Shown here piece by piece: positions 62,726 to 64,000 of a stretch of DNA of 64,000 nt. The DNA is taken from assembly GCF_009914755.1 (NCBI RefSeq), contig NC_060934.1. The stretch is one strand, 5' to 3'. The first letter of the stretch is position 1, and every line of letters begins with the position of its first letter. The translations under genes were made by a program, and so were the position numbers. The DNA is from the human T2T-CHM13v2.0 reference genome, Homo sapiens. The notes below the pieces were generated by a model. That model was not told where the DNA came from. It searched no databases and saw nothing but the letters and a program-made list of their open reading frames with translations.

Positions 62726-63581
62726 CTTAACTAATTAATTAATTGACAGATGAATGGTGGAATAGATGAAGGAATAATTGTTCTCTCCCTGGCCAGTATT
62801 TGCCTTATTTAGATTTGTTAATGTTTATTGCTGAGTTCAATTATGGAAGGGATACAGAGTCTGGAAAAGTATGCTAAAAACATTCAAGTTGTGGACTGCA
62901 GGTGGAAAAATGGCTACTTTTTTTTTTTTCCAAAACATACCTTATAGACCAACTGAGTCAGTATTAAATGAGGTGGTTGCTTAAAAATGCAGATTTATGG
63001 ATCAGCCTAATCTACTGAATCAAAATGTTCAGGACTGTGTAATTTATAGTTAAAAACTTAAAAAAGAGGCTTGATACAGAGATGTCATTAAAAAGGAGAG
63101 TTAGATTACTAGAAGATGGCTTTTGTGTATTGAATGTGAAAAAATACAGAATAATGGGTATAAACAATATTTGTAAAATAGAGGGGAAACCAATTTGTAA
63201 CTCTCTATATTTTTTCTGTGTGTACACATTTATGTTATATATGTATAACCCACACAAATTCATATATATATATGTATTTTTTGACATTTGTGTGAACACA
63301 AAGATAAATGTGAAATAAATTTAATGCTGAGTACTCTGGAGGCACAATGTGGGAGATTATTAACTTTTGCTTCATAAACTATTGTATTGTCAACTGTTGG
63401 AATAAACAGAATATTACTTTTGTAAATTAAAAAACTATTAAAAAGTATATTTTTAATTTCTTACAAATAGATCTTTCTGCCCTTAATTTTTGGGATATCT
63501 TTAAAGTAGGCTTGCCACATAAAATACAATATGCAATATTGGAGAAATAATAAAAATTTATTCATTGTTTATCTGAAATTA

Positions 63582-63995
<414 letters not shown>

Positions 63996-64000
63996 CTATT

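Overview
Human (primate) genomic DNA lying entirely inside the protocadherin-15 gene (PCDH15; hair-cell tip-link cadherin, Usher 1F/DFNB23), transcribed on the minus strand. Five consecutive coding exons (63690-63995, 60991-61215, 36442-36558, 2575-2715, 555-667) have canonical AG/GT sites and splice into one open frame covering the end of cadherin repeat EC7 to the start of EC10; from recalled cDNA numbering these are about exons 19-23. The rest is intron (2.5, 24.4, 33.7 and 1.9 kb) filled with retroelements: three long L1s and several fragments (mostly antisense to the gene), Alus, an LTR12 solo LTR, THE1, MER39, MER57, MER30, L2 and MIR. I cannot demonstrate a new biological system from sequence alone. 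The best leads are: (1) an L1 antisense-promoter ORF0-like frame whose strong splice donor is in phase with the next PCDH15 exon; (2) a candidate 3-nt microexon or recursive splice site; (3) a hairpin-associated 39-bp templated insertion; (4) an unexplained GC-rich insert with tandem TCF/LEF motifs. Repeat subfamily names come from recalled consensus sequences, not a database search.
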